From NCBI GenBank assembly GCA_022508405.1, contig JAFLVI010000001.1:32230-96229 (forward strand): a DNA stretch of 64,000 nucleotides, read 5' to 3'. Source of the DNA: Clostridiales bacterium. Its GTDB lineage: Bacteria; Bacillota; Clostridia; Christensenellales; Pumilibacteraceae. The position numbers and the translations under genes are program-made. The first letter of the stretch is position 1. Every line of letters starts with the position of its first letter. Under the pieces are notes generated by a model. The model was given only the letters and a program-made list of their open reading frames with translations. It ran no database searches and was not told where the DNA came from. This document shows, piece after piece, positions 10,870 to 20,164 of this stretch.

Positions 10870-12648
10870 ATGAAACTCACAAGCGAACAACTTCGCAAAA
10901 AATGGATTGACTTTTTTAAGGCGCGCAACCACACGCCCATATCGTCGGCTTCGCTTATTCCCGAAAACGACCCCACGGTTTTGTTTACTACGGCGGGCAT
11001 GCACCCGCTTGTTCCGTATCTTTTGGGACAGCCGCACCCCGCGGGCAAAAGGCTTTGCGATACGCAAAAGTGCGTGCGCACGGGCGACATAGACGAGGTG
11101 GGGGACGCTTCGCACTGCACCTTTTTTGAAATGCTGGGCAACTGGAGCCTTGGCGATTACTTTAAAAAAGAAATGGTGCCGTGGAGCTACGAGTTTTTGA
11201 CAAAGGAACTCGGTCTCGATCCCGAACGCCTTGCCGTCACCGTGTTTGAAGGCGACAGCGATTGCCCGCGCGACAACGAGACCGCCGAGCTTTGGGAAAA
11301 GTGCGGGATAAAAAAGGAGAACATCTTCTTTTTGGGCAAAAAGCACAACTGGTGGGGCCCTGCCGGTCAGACCGGTCCTTGCGGCTCGGATACCGAAATG
11401 TTTTTCGATACCGGCAAGCCCAAGTGCTGCGATACCTGCTCGCCCGCGTGCGACTGCGGCAAGTACGTCGAAGTGTGGAACGACGTGTTTATGCAGTTCA
11501 ATAAAAACGCGGACGGCACGTTCAGTCCGCTCAAGCAGAAAAACGTTGATACCGGCATGGGTCTAGAGCGCGCGCTCATGAACGTGCAGGGGCTTCCGTC
11601 CGTGTACGACACAGACGTGTTTGTGCCCATTGTCCAAAAGATAGAAAGCCTTTCGGGCAAGTCGGTGGGTGACGAAGCATATGTCAGGGCAATCCGCGTG
11701 GTTGCGGACCATATCCGCACTTCCACGTTTATAATAGGCGACGAACGCGGCGTAACTCCGTCCAACGTCGATCAGGGATATATTTTAAGGCGGCTTCTTC
11801 GCCGCGCTATCCGATTCGGATCGGGACTGGGACTTAAGGCGGGCGACTATTCGGCTATCGCGCAGGTCGTGGTGGATAAGTACAAGGACGTTTATCCCGA
11901 GCTCGCCGCCGCGCGCGAAAAGATTGTTCACGAAATCGACGAAGAGCAGGCGCGGTTTGAAAAAACGCTGGAAAACGGCATAAAGGAATTTGAAAAACTG
12001 TGCAAGTACTTGCAGACAGATACTATCCCTGGGAAGTCCGCGTTCAGGCTTTACGACACGTACGGCTTTCCGCTGGAAATGACGATAGAGCTTGCGCGTG
12101 AGCGCGGCTTTAAAGTGGACGTGGACGGGTTTAACGCTAAGTTCCAAGAACACCGCGAAAAGTCGCACGCCGGCGCGGAACAGCGGTTTAAGGGCGGGCT
12201 TGCCGATACGGGCGAGCTTACGGCAAGGCTTCACACCGCGACGCACCTTATGCACCAAGCGCTTAAAGAAGTGCTTAACGATCCGACTGTAAATCAGCGC
12301 GGCTCCAACATTACACCCGAGCGGCTCAGGTTTGACTTTTCGTTCGGCAGAGCGATGACGGCGGAAGAGATTAAGGCGGTGGAAGACAAGGTTAACCAAG
12401 CGATCAAGGCGGACGTTGCCGTCACATGCGACGAGATGACGGTGGAAGAAGCCAAGGCGCAGGGCGCTGTCGGGCTGTTTACGTCTAAGTACGGCGAAAA
12501 GGTAAAGGTGTACACCATGGGCGGCTTCAGCAAGGAGATTTGCGGCGGACCGCACGCCTCGCACACGGGCGAGCTGGGGCACTTTAAGATATTAAAGGAA
12601 CAGAGCAGCAGCGCGGGCGTAAGACGCATTAAGGCGGTACTGGAATAA
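10870..12648 (+). CDS. alaS: Alanine--tRNA ligase (short 592 aa form)
   Basis: DPTVLFTTAGM, HCTFFEMLGNWS, DTGMGLER, editing motifs HTATHL and EICGGPH. Confidence 0.95.
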   Translation: MKLTSEQLRKKWIDFFKARNHTPISSASLIPENDPTVLFTTAGMHPLVPYLLGQPHPAGKRLCDTQKCVRTGDIDEVGDASHCTFFEMLGNWSLGDYFKKEMVPWSYEFLTKELGLDPERLAVTVFEGDSDCPRDNETAELWEKCGIKKENIFFLGKKHNWWGPAGQTGPCGSDTEMFFDTGKPKCCDTCSPACDCGKYVEVWNDVFMQFNKNADGTFSPLKQKNVDTGMGLERALMNVQGLPSVYDTDVFVPIVQKIESLSGKSVGDEAYVRAIRVVADHIRTSTFIIGDERGVTPSNVDQGYILRRLLRRAIRFGSGLGLKAGDYSAIAQVVVDKYKDVYPELAAAREKIVHEIDEEQARFEKTLENGIKEFEKLCKYLQTDTIPGKSAFRLYDTYGFPLEMTIELARERGFKVDVDGFNAKFQEHREKSHAGAEQRFKGGLADTGELTARLHTATHLMHQALKEVLNDPTVNQRGSNITPERLRFDFSFGRAMTAEEIKAVEDKVNQAIKADVAVTCDEMTVEEAKAQGAVGLFTSKYGEKVKVYTMGGFSKEICGGPHASHTGELGHFKILKEQSSSAGVRRIKAVLE

Positions 12649-12681
12649 TGCGGAATTCGGAATGCGGAATTTAGGATAAGG
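12647..12681 (+). repeat. Heptamer tandem array
   Basis: AATGCGG AATTCGG AATGCGG AATTTAG GATAAGG starting in the alaS stop codon. Confidence 0.85.
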
Positions 12682-12747
12682 AATGTGCGGAGCGCAACCT
12701 AAATGATAATCTCTTATTTCTTATCTATTATCTAAAAAGGATAAACT

Positions 12748-15168
12748 ATGAATCACAACGAGATAGAAAGAAAGTGGCAGGGTATTTGGAACGATGCCGG
12801 CATAAACACCTTTGACGATAAGGCAAAGGGCGAAAAGCATTACGTGTTGGAAATGCTGCCGTATCCGTCGGGAGCAAAGCTCCACATGGGGCATTGGTAC
12901 AATTACGGGCTCGCGGACAGCTACGCGCGGTTTATGCGCATGAACGGCAAAAACGTTTTTCAGCCCATGGGGTTTGACGCGTTTGGCCTGCCTGCCGAAA
13001 ACTATGCTATCAAGACGGGCGTACATCCCAAGGCTTCCACAGATATCAACATCGCCACCATGGAGCGCCAGCTTAAGGACATGGGCACCATGGTCGATTT
13101 TTCTCACGAGTTTCGCACCTGCGCGCCCGATTATTACAAGTGGACGCAATGGCTGTTTTTACAGCTTTACAAAAACGGACTGGCGTACCGCAAAAAAGCG
13201 CCCGTCAATTATTGCCCGTCCTGCCAAACGGTAATCGCCAACGAGCAGGTTGTGGACGGCAAGTGCGAGCGGTGCAAGACCGAAGTCGTGCACAAGGAAA
13301 TGACCCAGTGGTTCTTTAAGATCACCGATTACGCCGAAAAATTGCTTGACGGCATAGACGCGCTTGACTGGCCGGAAAAGACCAAAACTATGCAGCGCAA
13401 CTGGATAGGCAAATCGGTGGGCGGCGAGGTTGTGTTTGACCTTGTAACCCCCAAAGGCGACGTAAAAAGCATAACCGTATTTACCACGCGCGCGGACACG
13501 CTTTTCGGTGTGACGTATGTCGTTTTGGCGCCCGAACATCCGTACGTGGACGTGATTGTAACGGACGGGCAACGCAAGGCAGTGGATTCTTACGTGGCTG
13601 CAGCCGCCAAGCAAAGCGAAATAGAGCGCACTTCCACCGCAAAGGACAAGACGGGGGTGTTTACAGGCGCGTATTGCATTAACCCTATAAACGGCGAAAA
13701 AGTGCCGGTATACGTGGCGGACTATTGCCTTTCCACATACGGCACGGGCGCGGTTATGGGCGTTGCCGCGCACGATACGCGCGACTACGCGTTTGCGCTC
13801 AAAAACAACATGCCCATTAAGCGCGTTATTAAGGGCAAGGACGGAAACGACGATCTGCCGTTTACCGAGTACGGCGTCATGGTAAACAGCGGCGAGTTTG
13901 ACGGGCTTACAAGCGAAAAGGGTAAAATCGCCGTGCTTGAAAAACTGCAAAAAAGCGGACACGGCGGCAAAAAGATTAACTACCGCATGCGCGACTGGTC
14001 GGTCTCCCGTCAGCGGTACTGGGGCGCGCCCATTCCCATGATTTATTGCGAGCATTGCGGCGAAGTGCCTGTGCCCGAAAAAGATCTGCCGGTGACGCTC
14101 CCGCAGGACGTAAACTTCACGCCTGACGGCAAGTCGCCGCTTACCAAGTGCGACGAGTTTGTTTCTACCGTTTGTCCGGTGTGCGGTCGTCCCGCTCGGC
14201 GCGAAACGGATACGCTTGATACGTTTGTTTGCTCAAGCTGGTACTACCTGCGCTATCCCGACGCGCACAACGACAAAGTTCCATTCGATAGGCAAACGGT
14301 AAACAAAATGCTGCCTGTGGATTGCTATGTGGGCGGCGCGGAGCACGCATGCACGCATCTGCTGTATTCGCGGTTTATCACAAAGGTTTTGCATGACCTT
14401 AAGTATCTGGACTTTGACGAACCGTTTAAGCGGCTTGTGCATCAGGGTGTAATTTTAGGTCCGGACGGATACAGAATGAGCAAGACGCGCGGCAACGTTA
14501 TTTCCGCCGATCCGCTTATAGAGCAGTACGGCTCGGACGCACTCAGGCTTTATCTTATGTTTGGATTCGATTACACCGAGGGCGGACCGTGGTCGGAAAA
14601 CGGTATAACGTCCTGCGCCAAGTTTATGGACAGGATTGAAAGGCTTGCGGAAGAAGTAAAGGACGAAAAGGCGGTAGATAACGGTGCGCTCGATTACGAG
14701 CTTAACTACTGCATAAAGGAAGTCAAAAAGGATATTCCCGAGTTTGGATTCAACACAGCTGTGGCGCGGCTTATGGAGCTTGTAAACGCCATGTACAAGT
14801 ACCGCAGCGCGCCCGAATATAAACCAGCGTACTTAAAGCATGTGCTTACCGTTTTGGTAAAGCTTATGGCGCCGCTTGCTCCGCACTTTTGCGAAGAGCT
14901 TAACGCAATGCTGGGCGGAACAAAATCGGTATTTCTGGAAAGCTATCCGGTTTGCGACGAGAGCAAGCTTGTAAAGTCGTCCACCGAATACGCAGTGCAG
15001 ATAAACTCCAAAATACGCTGTAAGATTGTTTTGCCGCAAGGGTTAAGCCGCGAACAAATAGAAAAAACCGCATTGGAAAGCGGGGAAGTAAAGGAAGTGC
15101 TAAACGGCGCAACCCCCGTCAAGGTGATAGTAATCCCCGAACGACTGATAAACTTTATAGTAAAATAG
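12748..15168 (+). CDS. leuS: Leucine--tRNA ligase
   Basis: MLPYPSG-HMGH, FTTRADT, RQRYWG, RMSKTRGN (KMSKS variant). Confidence 0.96.
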   Translation: MNHNEIERKWQGIWNDAGINTFDDKAKGEKHYVLEMLPYPSGAKLHMGHWYNYGLADSYARFMRMNGKNVFQPMGFDAFGLPAENYAIKTGVHPKASTDINIATMERQLKDMGTMVDFSHEFRTCAPDYYKWTQWLFLQLYKNGLAYRKKAPVNYCPSCQTVIANEQVVDGKCERCKTEVVHKEMTQWFFKITDYAEKLLDGIDALDWPEKTKTMQRNWIGKSVGGEVVFDLVTPKGDVKSITVFTTRADTLFGVTYVVLAPEHPYVDVIVTDGQRKAVDSYVAAAAKQSEIERTSTAKDKTGVFTGAYCINPINGEKVPVYVADYCLSTYGTGAVMGVAAHDTRDYAFALKNNMPIKRVIKGKDGNDDLPFTEYGVMVNSGEFDGLTSEKGKIAVLEKLQKSGHGGKKINYRMRDWSVSRQRYWGAPIPMIYCEHCGEVPVPEKDLPVTLPQDVNFTPDGKSPLTKCDEFVSTVCPVCGRPARRETDTLDTFVCSSWYYLRYPDAHNDKVPFDRQTVNKMLPVDCYVGGAEHACTHLLYSRFITKVLHDLKYLDFDEPFKRLVHQGVILGPDGYRMSKTRGNVISADPLIEQYGSDALRLYLMFGFDYTEGGPWSENGITSCAKFMDRIERLAEEVKDEKAVDNGALDYELNYCIKEVKKDIPEFGFNTAVARLMELVNAMYKYRSAPEYKPAYLKHVLTVLVKLMAPLAPHFCEELNAMLGGTKSVFLESYPVCDESKLVKSSTEYAVQINSKIRCKIVLPQGLSREQIEKTALESGEVKEVLNGATPVKVIVIPERLINFIVK

Positions 15169-15174
15169 ACATAA

Positions 15175-15206
15175 AAAAATCGGCGACTTTTATATCGCCG
15201 ATTTTT
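15175..15206. terminator. Bidirectional intrinsic terminator
   Basis: AAAAATCGGCGA...TCGCCGATTTTT between convergent genes. Confidence 0.8.
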
Positions 15207-15218
15207 ATTAAATATTTA

Positions 15219-15758
15219 TCAGTTTGCAAGGCTTTTGCCAAAGTTGTATGCGTCGGCGATGTATCTTGACTTTACGGTTATATCCGGTGTACCGCAGCCC
15301 TTGCCGAGTATCATGCCTTTATCGGTAAAGTGCATATACTGCGTTATAGACCTATATTGCGATACAAGCGGTTCAAACCCCCGATCCTCGGCATTCCAAG
15401 CGACAGCGATCAATGCCGACTTCATATTCTTTTTTTGCAAGGGGGTAGTAAACGCACAAAAGCGGTCGAGAACGGTTTTCAGTTGTGCCGTCATTCCGTA
15501 ATAATATATCGGCGTAGCAAAGACAACCATGTCCGCGGAAAGTATGTGATTTTTAATCTTTTCCATTTCGTCGTTGCTGACGCACTGACCGTTGTAGCCG
15601 CAGCGTAAGCAACCCATGCACGGCCGCACCGCAACCCTTGTGGCGTCTATCATGCCTACGACATGGCCGGCTTCTCTTGCCCCACGCATAAAATACTCGG
15701 CAAGCAGATTAGTTGAACCTTTTTGATTGTAACTGCCTGTCAAAACAATAATCTTCAT
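15219..15758 (-). CDS. Flavodoxin family / iron-sulfur flavoprotein-like FMN reductase
   Basis: LTGSxxxxGST, CxGCxxC...C motif, FATPIYY; own TTGACA-17-TATGAT promoter at 15822-15794. Confidence 0.85.
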   Translation of the reverse strand: MKIIVLTGSYNQKGSTNLLAEYFMRGAREAGHVVGMIDATRVAVRPCMGCLRCGYNGQCVSNDEMEKIKNHILSADMVVFATPIYYYGMTAQLKTVLDRFCAFTTPLQKKNMKSALIAVAWNAEDRGFEPLVSQYRSITQYMHFTDKGMILGKGCGTPDITVKSRYIADAYNFGKSLAN

Positions 15759-15835
15759 CGTACTTCTCCGTGCGATAAATGTAATATACGTATATCATAC
15801 CAATTTTGTGTGATTTTGTCAATATAATACGGCAC

Positions 15836-15870
15836 AAAAAATCGGCAGTACGCGGTGTATGCCGATTTTT
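15836..15870 (-). terminator. Terminator downstream of tRNA-Arg
   Basis: AAAAAATCGGCA...TGCCGATTTTT hairpin. Confidence 0.7.
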
Positions 15871-15944
15871 GGCGTGCCCACAGGGAATCGAACCCCGAAC
15901 TAAGCCTTAGGAGGGCTTCGTTATATCCGTTTAACTATGAGCAC
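15870..15944 (-). tRNA. tRNA-Arg (anticodon CCT)
   Basis: Minus strand GTGCTCATAGTTAAACGGATATAACGAAGCCCTCCTAAGGCTTAGTTCGGGGTTCGATTCCCTGTGGGCACGCCA: cloverleaf, GTTCGA T-loop, encoded CCA; promoter TTGACT-17-TACAAT at 15989-15961. Confidence 0.95.
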
Positions 15945-16014
15945 ATACGGGTACTATATAATTGTACCATACCGGCGCATTACAGTCAAGCAAAATGCGG
16001 TGGTGTAAGTATGC

Positions 16015-16043
16015 TTGACAGTTGCGGCAGAGTGTGATAAAAT
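16015..16043 (+). promoter_or_regulatory. Sigma-A promoter for the alpha/beta hydrolase
   Basis: TTGACA-17-TAAAAT with TG extension. Confidence 0.7.
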
Positions 16044-16050
16044 AACAAAT

Positions 16051-16118
16051 GAGATTTTTATTATTTAAGATTCTCAACCTTATTCTTATTTATAATTCCG
16101 AATTCTTAATTCTTTATT
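16051..16118 (-). repeat. Left arm of inverted repeat flanking the hydrolase gene (includes reverse heptamer array)
   Basis: TCTCAACCTTATT (16072-16084) is the exact reverse complement of AATAAGGTTGAGA (17392-17404). Confidence 0.7.
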
Positions 16119-16134
16119 TTTCCGGAGGAAATCT

Positions 16135-17355
16135 ATGCAGGGTTGGATGATAGCGTTAATCGTGGTTGCGGCTTTTATTGCGCTTGTTGCGATTGCGTTT
16201 TTGGCGGGAATGTTGATTTTTGTTCACGCCATTTTGGGCAGAAGAAAAGAGCTTAGCGAACAGGCCGGACAGAAAAAGGGATATACCGCGGATAAGTTCG
16301 GCGTCGATCCCGTGTGGTTCGATTTTGCGGAAAAAACCACTTCGCAGGCCACAATCACCGCATACGACGGGGTAAAGCTTGGCGCGCGTATTATTCGCCA
16401 AAGTGAGCCCACGGGCAGGGTTGCGGTGCTGTGCCACGGCTACGGCGCAACATTGCGCTCCACTCAAGTCCAAGCCAAGTTGTTTTACGACCGCGGATTT
16501 GACGTATACATGCTTGCCATGCGCGGACACAAAGGCTCGGGCGGCAAGGTGGGCATGGCGTGGATAGACCGCTTTGACCTTTCGCGCTGGATAGACAGAA
16601 TTGTCACCGATTACGGCGAACAGGTTCAAATCGCGCTGTTCGGCGTTTCCATGGGTGGCTCCACCGTCGTCGCGTACGCGGGCATGGAACCCAAACCGCA
16701 AGTGAAATGCGTTATCGACGACTGCGGATTTAGTACGCAGTACGACGAATATATCGCTTGCCTAAAAGCCGCGCGGTTGCCCAAGTGCTCCATTCATCTG
16801 TTTAACGCGGGCGTAAAGCTAGTCCACGGCTATTCGCTTTACGACGCCGACATAACTAAGCTCGCCGCAAGTATGACTTGCCCCGCGCTGTTCTTCCACG
16901 GCACCGCCGACGACTTTGTGCCGTTTGATCTCGGGCAAAAGCTTTTTGATTCGTGCGCTTCGCCCGAAAAAAGCTTTGTGGCGATTGACGGCGCCGGTCA
17001 TGCTTGCGCGTATATTACCGATAAGGAAAAATACGTTTCGGCGTTTACCGAGTTTATAGACGCGCACATAGAAGGCAGTCAGTTAGTGCATGAACCGTCC
17101 GAATATACCGATTACCTTGCGGCTTTGGAAGCGGAACGGCAGGCAAAGCAGGAGCAGGAACAGCAAGCGGAAGAAAGGGCGGAGCAAGCGACTTCCGAGC
17201 AGGAACAAGAAGAGAGTGAAACACCAGCGGAGCAAGCTGCGGAAAGCGTCACTCCCGCAGAGCAAGAAGCTACGGAGCCTGCGGAAGAGAATGCCACTCC
17301 CGACGCACCCGCCACGGAAGAAACACCCGAGCCTACGGCCGCGCTGGACGACTAG
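16135..17355 (+). CDS. Membrane-anchored alpha/beta hydrolase with acidic low-complexity tail
   Basis: N-terminal TM helix, CHGY, GVSMG nucleophile elbow, HGTADD, GAGH; E/Q/A/P/T-rich C-terminus. Confidence 0.88.
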   Translation: MQGWMIALIVVAAFIALVAIAFLAGMLIFVHAILGRRKELSEQAGQKKGYTADKFGVDPVWFDFAEKTTSQATITAYDGVKLGARIIRQSEPTGRVAVLCHGYGATLRSTQVQAKLFYDRGFDVYMLAMRGHKGSGGKVGMAWIDRFDLSRWIDRIVTDYGEQVQIALFGVSMGGSTVVAYAGMEPKPQVKCVIDDCGFSTQYDEYIACLKAARLPKCSIHLFNAGVKLVHGYSLYDADITKLAASMTCPALFFHGTADDFVPFDLGQKLFDSCASPEKSFVAIDGAGHACAYITDKEKYVSAFTEFIDAHIEGSQLVHEPSEYTDYLAALEAERQAKQEQEQQAEERAEQATSEQEQEESETPAEQAAESVTPAEQEATEPAEENATPDAPATEETPEPTAALDD

Positions 17356-17357
17356 AG

Positions 17358-17423
17358 AATTTAGAATGAAGAATGAAGAATGAAGAATAAAAATAAGGTT
17401 GAGATTTAAGATAATAAATAATC
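17358..17423 (+). repeat. Right arm: heptamer array (AATGAAG)3 plus AATAAGGTTGAGA
   Basis: Directly after the stop codon; complementary to 16051-16118. Confidence 0.75.
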
Positions 17424-17452
17424 AATAAAAGCGCCGAATGGCGCTTTTATTG
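17423..17452 (+). terminator. Intrinsic terminator
   Basis: CAATAAAAGCGCC-GAAT-GGCGCTTTTATTG. Confidence 0.75.
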
Positions 17453-17549
17453 TGTCGTATAAATTATTTTATAGTGGTGCATTGGGGACATACATATGTC
17501 AGTAAAGACGTATTATACTGCGCTTGTATAAAACGAAAGGAGAAGAGTT

Positions 17550-17978
17550 ATGTCAAACATAGGGCGAAGAATAATACGAGCGATAATACTGATAAATCCG
17601 TTGCTTTTCGGATTGCAGGATAAAATAGAAAAAGAGCAGGAAGCGGTGATTGCCGACATGACGTCACCTGCGGACAAGATTGTAAAAAAGCTTATAGAAC
17701 TTGACAATAGGCGTATCGATTTGTGCAACTTAAAAGTGCTTTACGGGTTTATCGAGCGCGGACTGGGCGAAAAGTTCGAGCTTTTGCGCTCTTGTGCGTT
17801 TTCGGGGATAAACTGCAATCTGTACACAGCTGCGGAAAGGCAAATAGAGCTTGCGGGCTACACCGCCGAGCGTGCGGAAAAGGAATTTTCCTATCTGTTT
17901 AAATTGCTAAAGCATAAGGGCAGAATAAAAAAGGTGATGGGCGGAACGTCATTTATGAGAAGCCTTGTTGCTACCTAA
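17550..17978 (+). CDS. Hypothetical helical protein, possibly a distant ArpU/RinA-like regulator
   Basis: AAGGAG RBS; 142 aa and helical; function is weak inference from size and position. Confidence 0.55.
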   Translation: MSNIGRRIIRAIILINPLLFGLQDKIEKEQEAVIADMTSPADKIVKKLIELDNRRIDLCNLKVLYGFIERGLGEKFELLRSCAFSGINCNLYTAAERQIELAGYTAERAEKEFSYLFKLLKHKGRIKKVMGGTSFMRSLVAT

Positions 17979-18619
17979 TCGTTTTTGGGCTTTTTAAACA
18001 GATAGTACATGATGAACGGGACGGGAATGCACAGCGCGACTATAAATATTATTGCGGCGGTGGTCGGCATGCCGCCGTCGTCTTCGACTATTTGCGGCGT
18101 TGCGTCTGTGGGGACGTCCGGTTGGTCTTGTTCCTTTTCTATTATGTTGGGCGGGATTTCGTCCGCTTTTACGTACGCGTAGTAGACGTAACCGTGTTTG
18201 CCTTGTGCGCTTACGTAGTACCAGTCGGTGCCGGCGTCCTTGATCAGCGCTTCGCCTTCCACCGCGCCGTAAAATCTGCCGGTTGAGTTGTCGCTTAGTA
18301 CGTCCAGCACTTGCGCGGACTTTTTGGGCGCGGCGCGCAGCCTGACAGGTTGACCGTCGTTGTCGCAGGTGAACTTTGCCGTCAGCTCGTATTTGGTTTT
18401 GGGCGTGTAGTCCACTTGCTGTACCGAATCCGCCTTTACGTATCCTTCAAGGTCATCGTACGTGACCTTTATATATCCGTCCGGCGCGTCGTAATCGCTT
18501 TGCAAAACAAAATAGCCGGCGGGAAGAAAAACCACTTCCTGCATGTCGAAGTTATAAAGCATTGTTTTGGACGGCATATAAAAAAATGTGAGCGCCGCCA
18601 TTACCGAGCATAATATCAT
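17975..18619 (-). CDS. SH3b-like domain protein with C-terminal membrane anchor
   Basis: VRLRAAP...WYYV...GYVY and YIKVTY...GYVK patterns; C-terminal TM followed by KKPK. Confidence 0.7.
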   Translation of the reverse strand: MILCSVMAALTFFYMPSKTMLYNFDMQEVVFLPAGYFVLQSDYDAPDGYIKVTYDDLEGYVKADSVQQVDYTPKTKYELTAKFTCDNDGQPVRLRAAPKKSAQVLDVLSDNSTGRFYGAVEGEALIKDAGTDWYYVSAQGKHGYVYYAYVKADEIPPNIIEKEQDQPDVPTDATPQIVEDDGGMPTTAAIIFIVALCIPVPFIMYYLFKKPKND

Positions 18620-18730
18620 ACGCCTTGTATGATAGCGTAATTGATAGGCGGAGTTTTGACAAGTTTTGTCGCAAAAGCGGTTTATTATACGCTTTTGTCA
18701 TGCCGTTAAAACGAACAAAGGGGAAAGAGT

Positions 18731-20164
18731 TTGCGAAGTATTATAGAAAAAATATTGCGCATAGAGCGCGAGCAAAAACGGCGGTACGACAATAACGCGC
18801 TAAGCCGATACAACACCGAAAAAGTGCATATTAAGCAAATGGAGTTTCACCGCTGTGAAAAGCGCAACCGTTGGGTATTCGGCGGCAACCGCACGGGCAA
18901 GACCGAGTGCGGCGCGGTGGAAACGGTGTGGCTGGCGCGCGGCATTCATCCGTACAAGCAAAACAAGCGCACGGACGGCTGGGTGGTGTCGCTGTCGCGG
19001 CGTGTTCAGCGCGAGGTGGCGCAAAAAAAGATTTTGCACTACCTAAACCCCAACTGGATCGCCGATATCGTTATGGAAAGCGGAAAAAGCCAAAACCCGT
19101 CCGGCGGCATAATTGATTACATATCGGTCAAAAACGTGTTCGGCACAATAAGCACCATCGGCTTTAAAACGTGCGAGGCGGGACGGGATAAGTTTGCCGG
19201 CGCGTCGCTCGACTACGTTTGGTTCGACGAAGAGCCGCCGGAAGACATCTACGACGAGTGCGCCATGCGCGTTGTGGATAAACGCGGGCTTATATTCGGC
19301 ACGATGACTCCGCTGCTCGGCTTGACCTTTGTGTACAAGCGCATTTATCTTAACAGCCAAAACGATCCCGAGATGTGGCATATCTTTATGGAATGGGCGG
19401 ACAATCCGTACCTTGACGAAAAGGAGGTGGAGCGCGTGTCCGCCGCAATGACGGACGCCGAACGCGACGTGCGCCGCTACGGCCGTTTTGTGGACGCAAA
19501 GGGTGCGGTGTACACCGAGTTTGACGAGCGCGTGCACGTAATACCGTCTACGACGGAAATTCCCGCCGACTGGCAGGACAGGCTGTCAATCGACCCCGGG
19601 CTAAACAATCCGCTGTCCTGCCACTGGTATGCGGTGGACTACGACGGCAACGTGTACGTGGTGGCGGAGCACTTTGAGGCGGGGCGGTCGGTAGACTACC
19701 ACGCGCGCGAGATAAAAAGGATAAGCGAAAAGCTAAACTGGCGCACCGACCGCAATGGAAGGATAGAAGCGCTTATAGACAGCGCGGCGTCTCAGCATAC
19801 GCTAAACGCGGACAAGTCTGTGGCAGAGCTGTTTTGCGACAACGACATACTTGTGGACACGCGCGTAAACAAGGATTTGTTCAGCGGCATCAACCGCGTA
19901 AAGCAATATCTTATGACGGACGGGAAACCGCGCCTATTCATATTTGACAGCTGCGTCAATCTTATCCGCGAGCTTAAAAGCTACCGCTGGGGCGACGGGG
20001 ACAGGCCTGTCAAGACGGACGACCACTGCCTTGACGAACTAAGGTACTACCTTATGAGCCGACCTGTTCCGCCGACACGCTCGGACGTAAAGACGGAGAT
20101 TCGGCTAGACAAGGAGCGGCTTATTCGCCGCCACGGCAGGGTTGGCAAAAGGGGGAGTAAATGA
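18731..20164 (+). CDS. Terminase large subunit
   Basis: Walker A GGNRTGKT, Walker B YVWFDEEP, motif III TMTP, nuclease SIDPG and DDHCLDELRY; intact ORF with TTG start. Confidence 0.92.
   Translation: MRSIIEKILRIEREQKRRYDNNALSRYNTEKVHIKQMEFHRCEKRNRWVFGGNRTGKTECGAVETVWLARGIHPYKQNKRTDGWVVSLSRRVQREVAQKKILHYLNPNWIADIVMESGKSQNPSGGIIDYISVKNVFGTISTIGFKTCEAGRDKFAGASLDYVWFDEEPPEDIYDECAMRVVDKRGLIFGTMTPLLGLTFVYKRIYLNSQNDPEMWHIFMEWADNPYLDEKEVERVSAAMTDAERDVRRYGRFVDAKGAVYTEFDERVHVIPSTTEIPADWQDRLSIDPGLNNPLSCHWYAVDYDGNVYVVAEHFEAGRSVDYHAREIKRISEKLNWRTDRNGRIEALIDSAASQHTLNADKSVAELFCDNDILVDTRVNKDLFSGINRVKQYLMTDGKPRLFIFDSCVNLIRELKSYRWGDGDRPVKTDDHCLDELRYYLMSRPVPPTRSDVKTEIRLDKERLIRRHGRVGKRGSK

Noticed and set aside
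15870-15944. tRNA-Arg as integration site for the phage-like cluster
   Set aside because: The tRNA 3' end points away from the cluster, I found no duplicate of its 3' sequence, and there is no integrase
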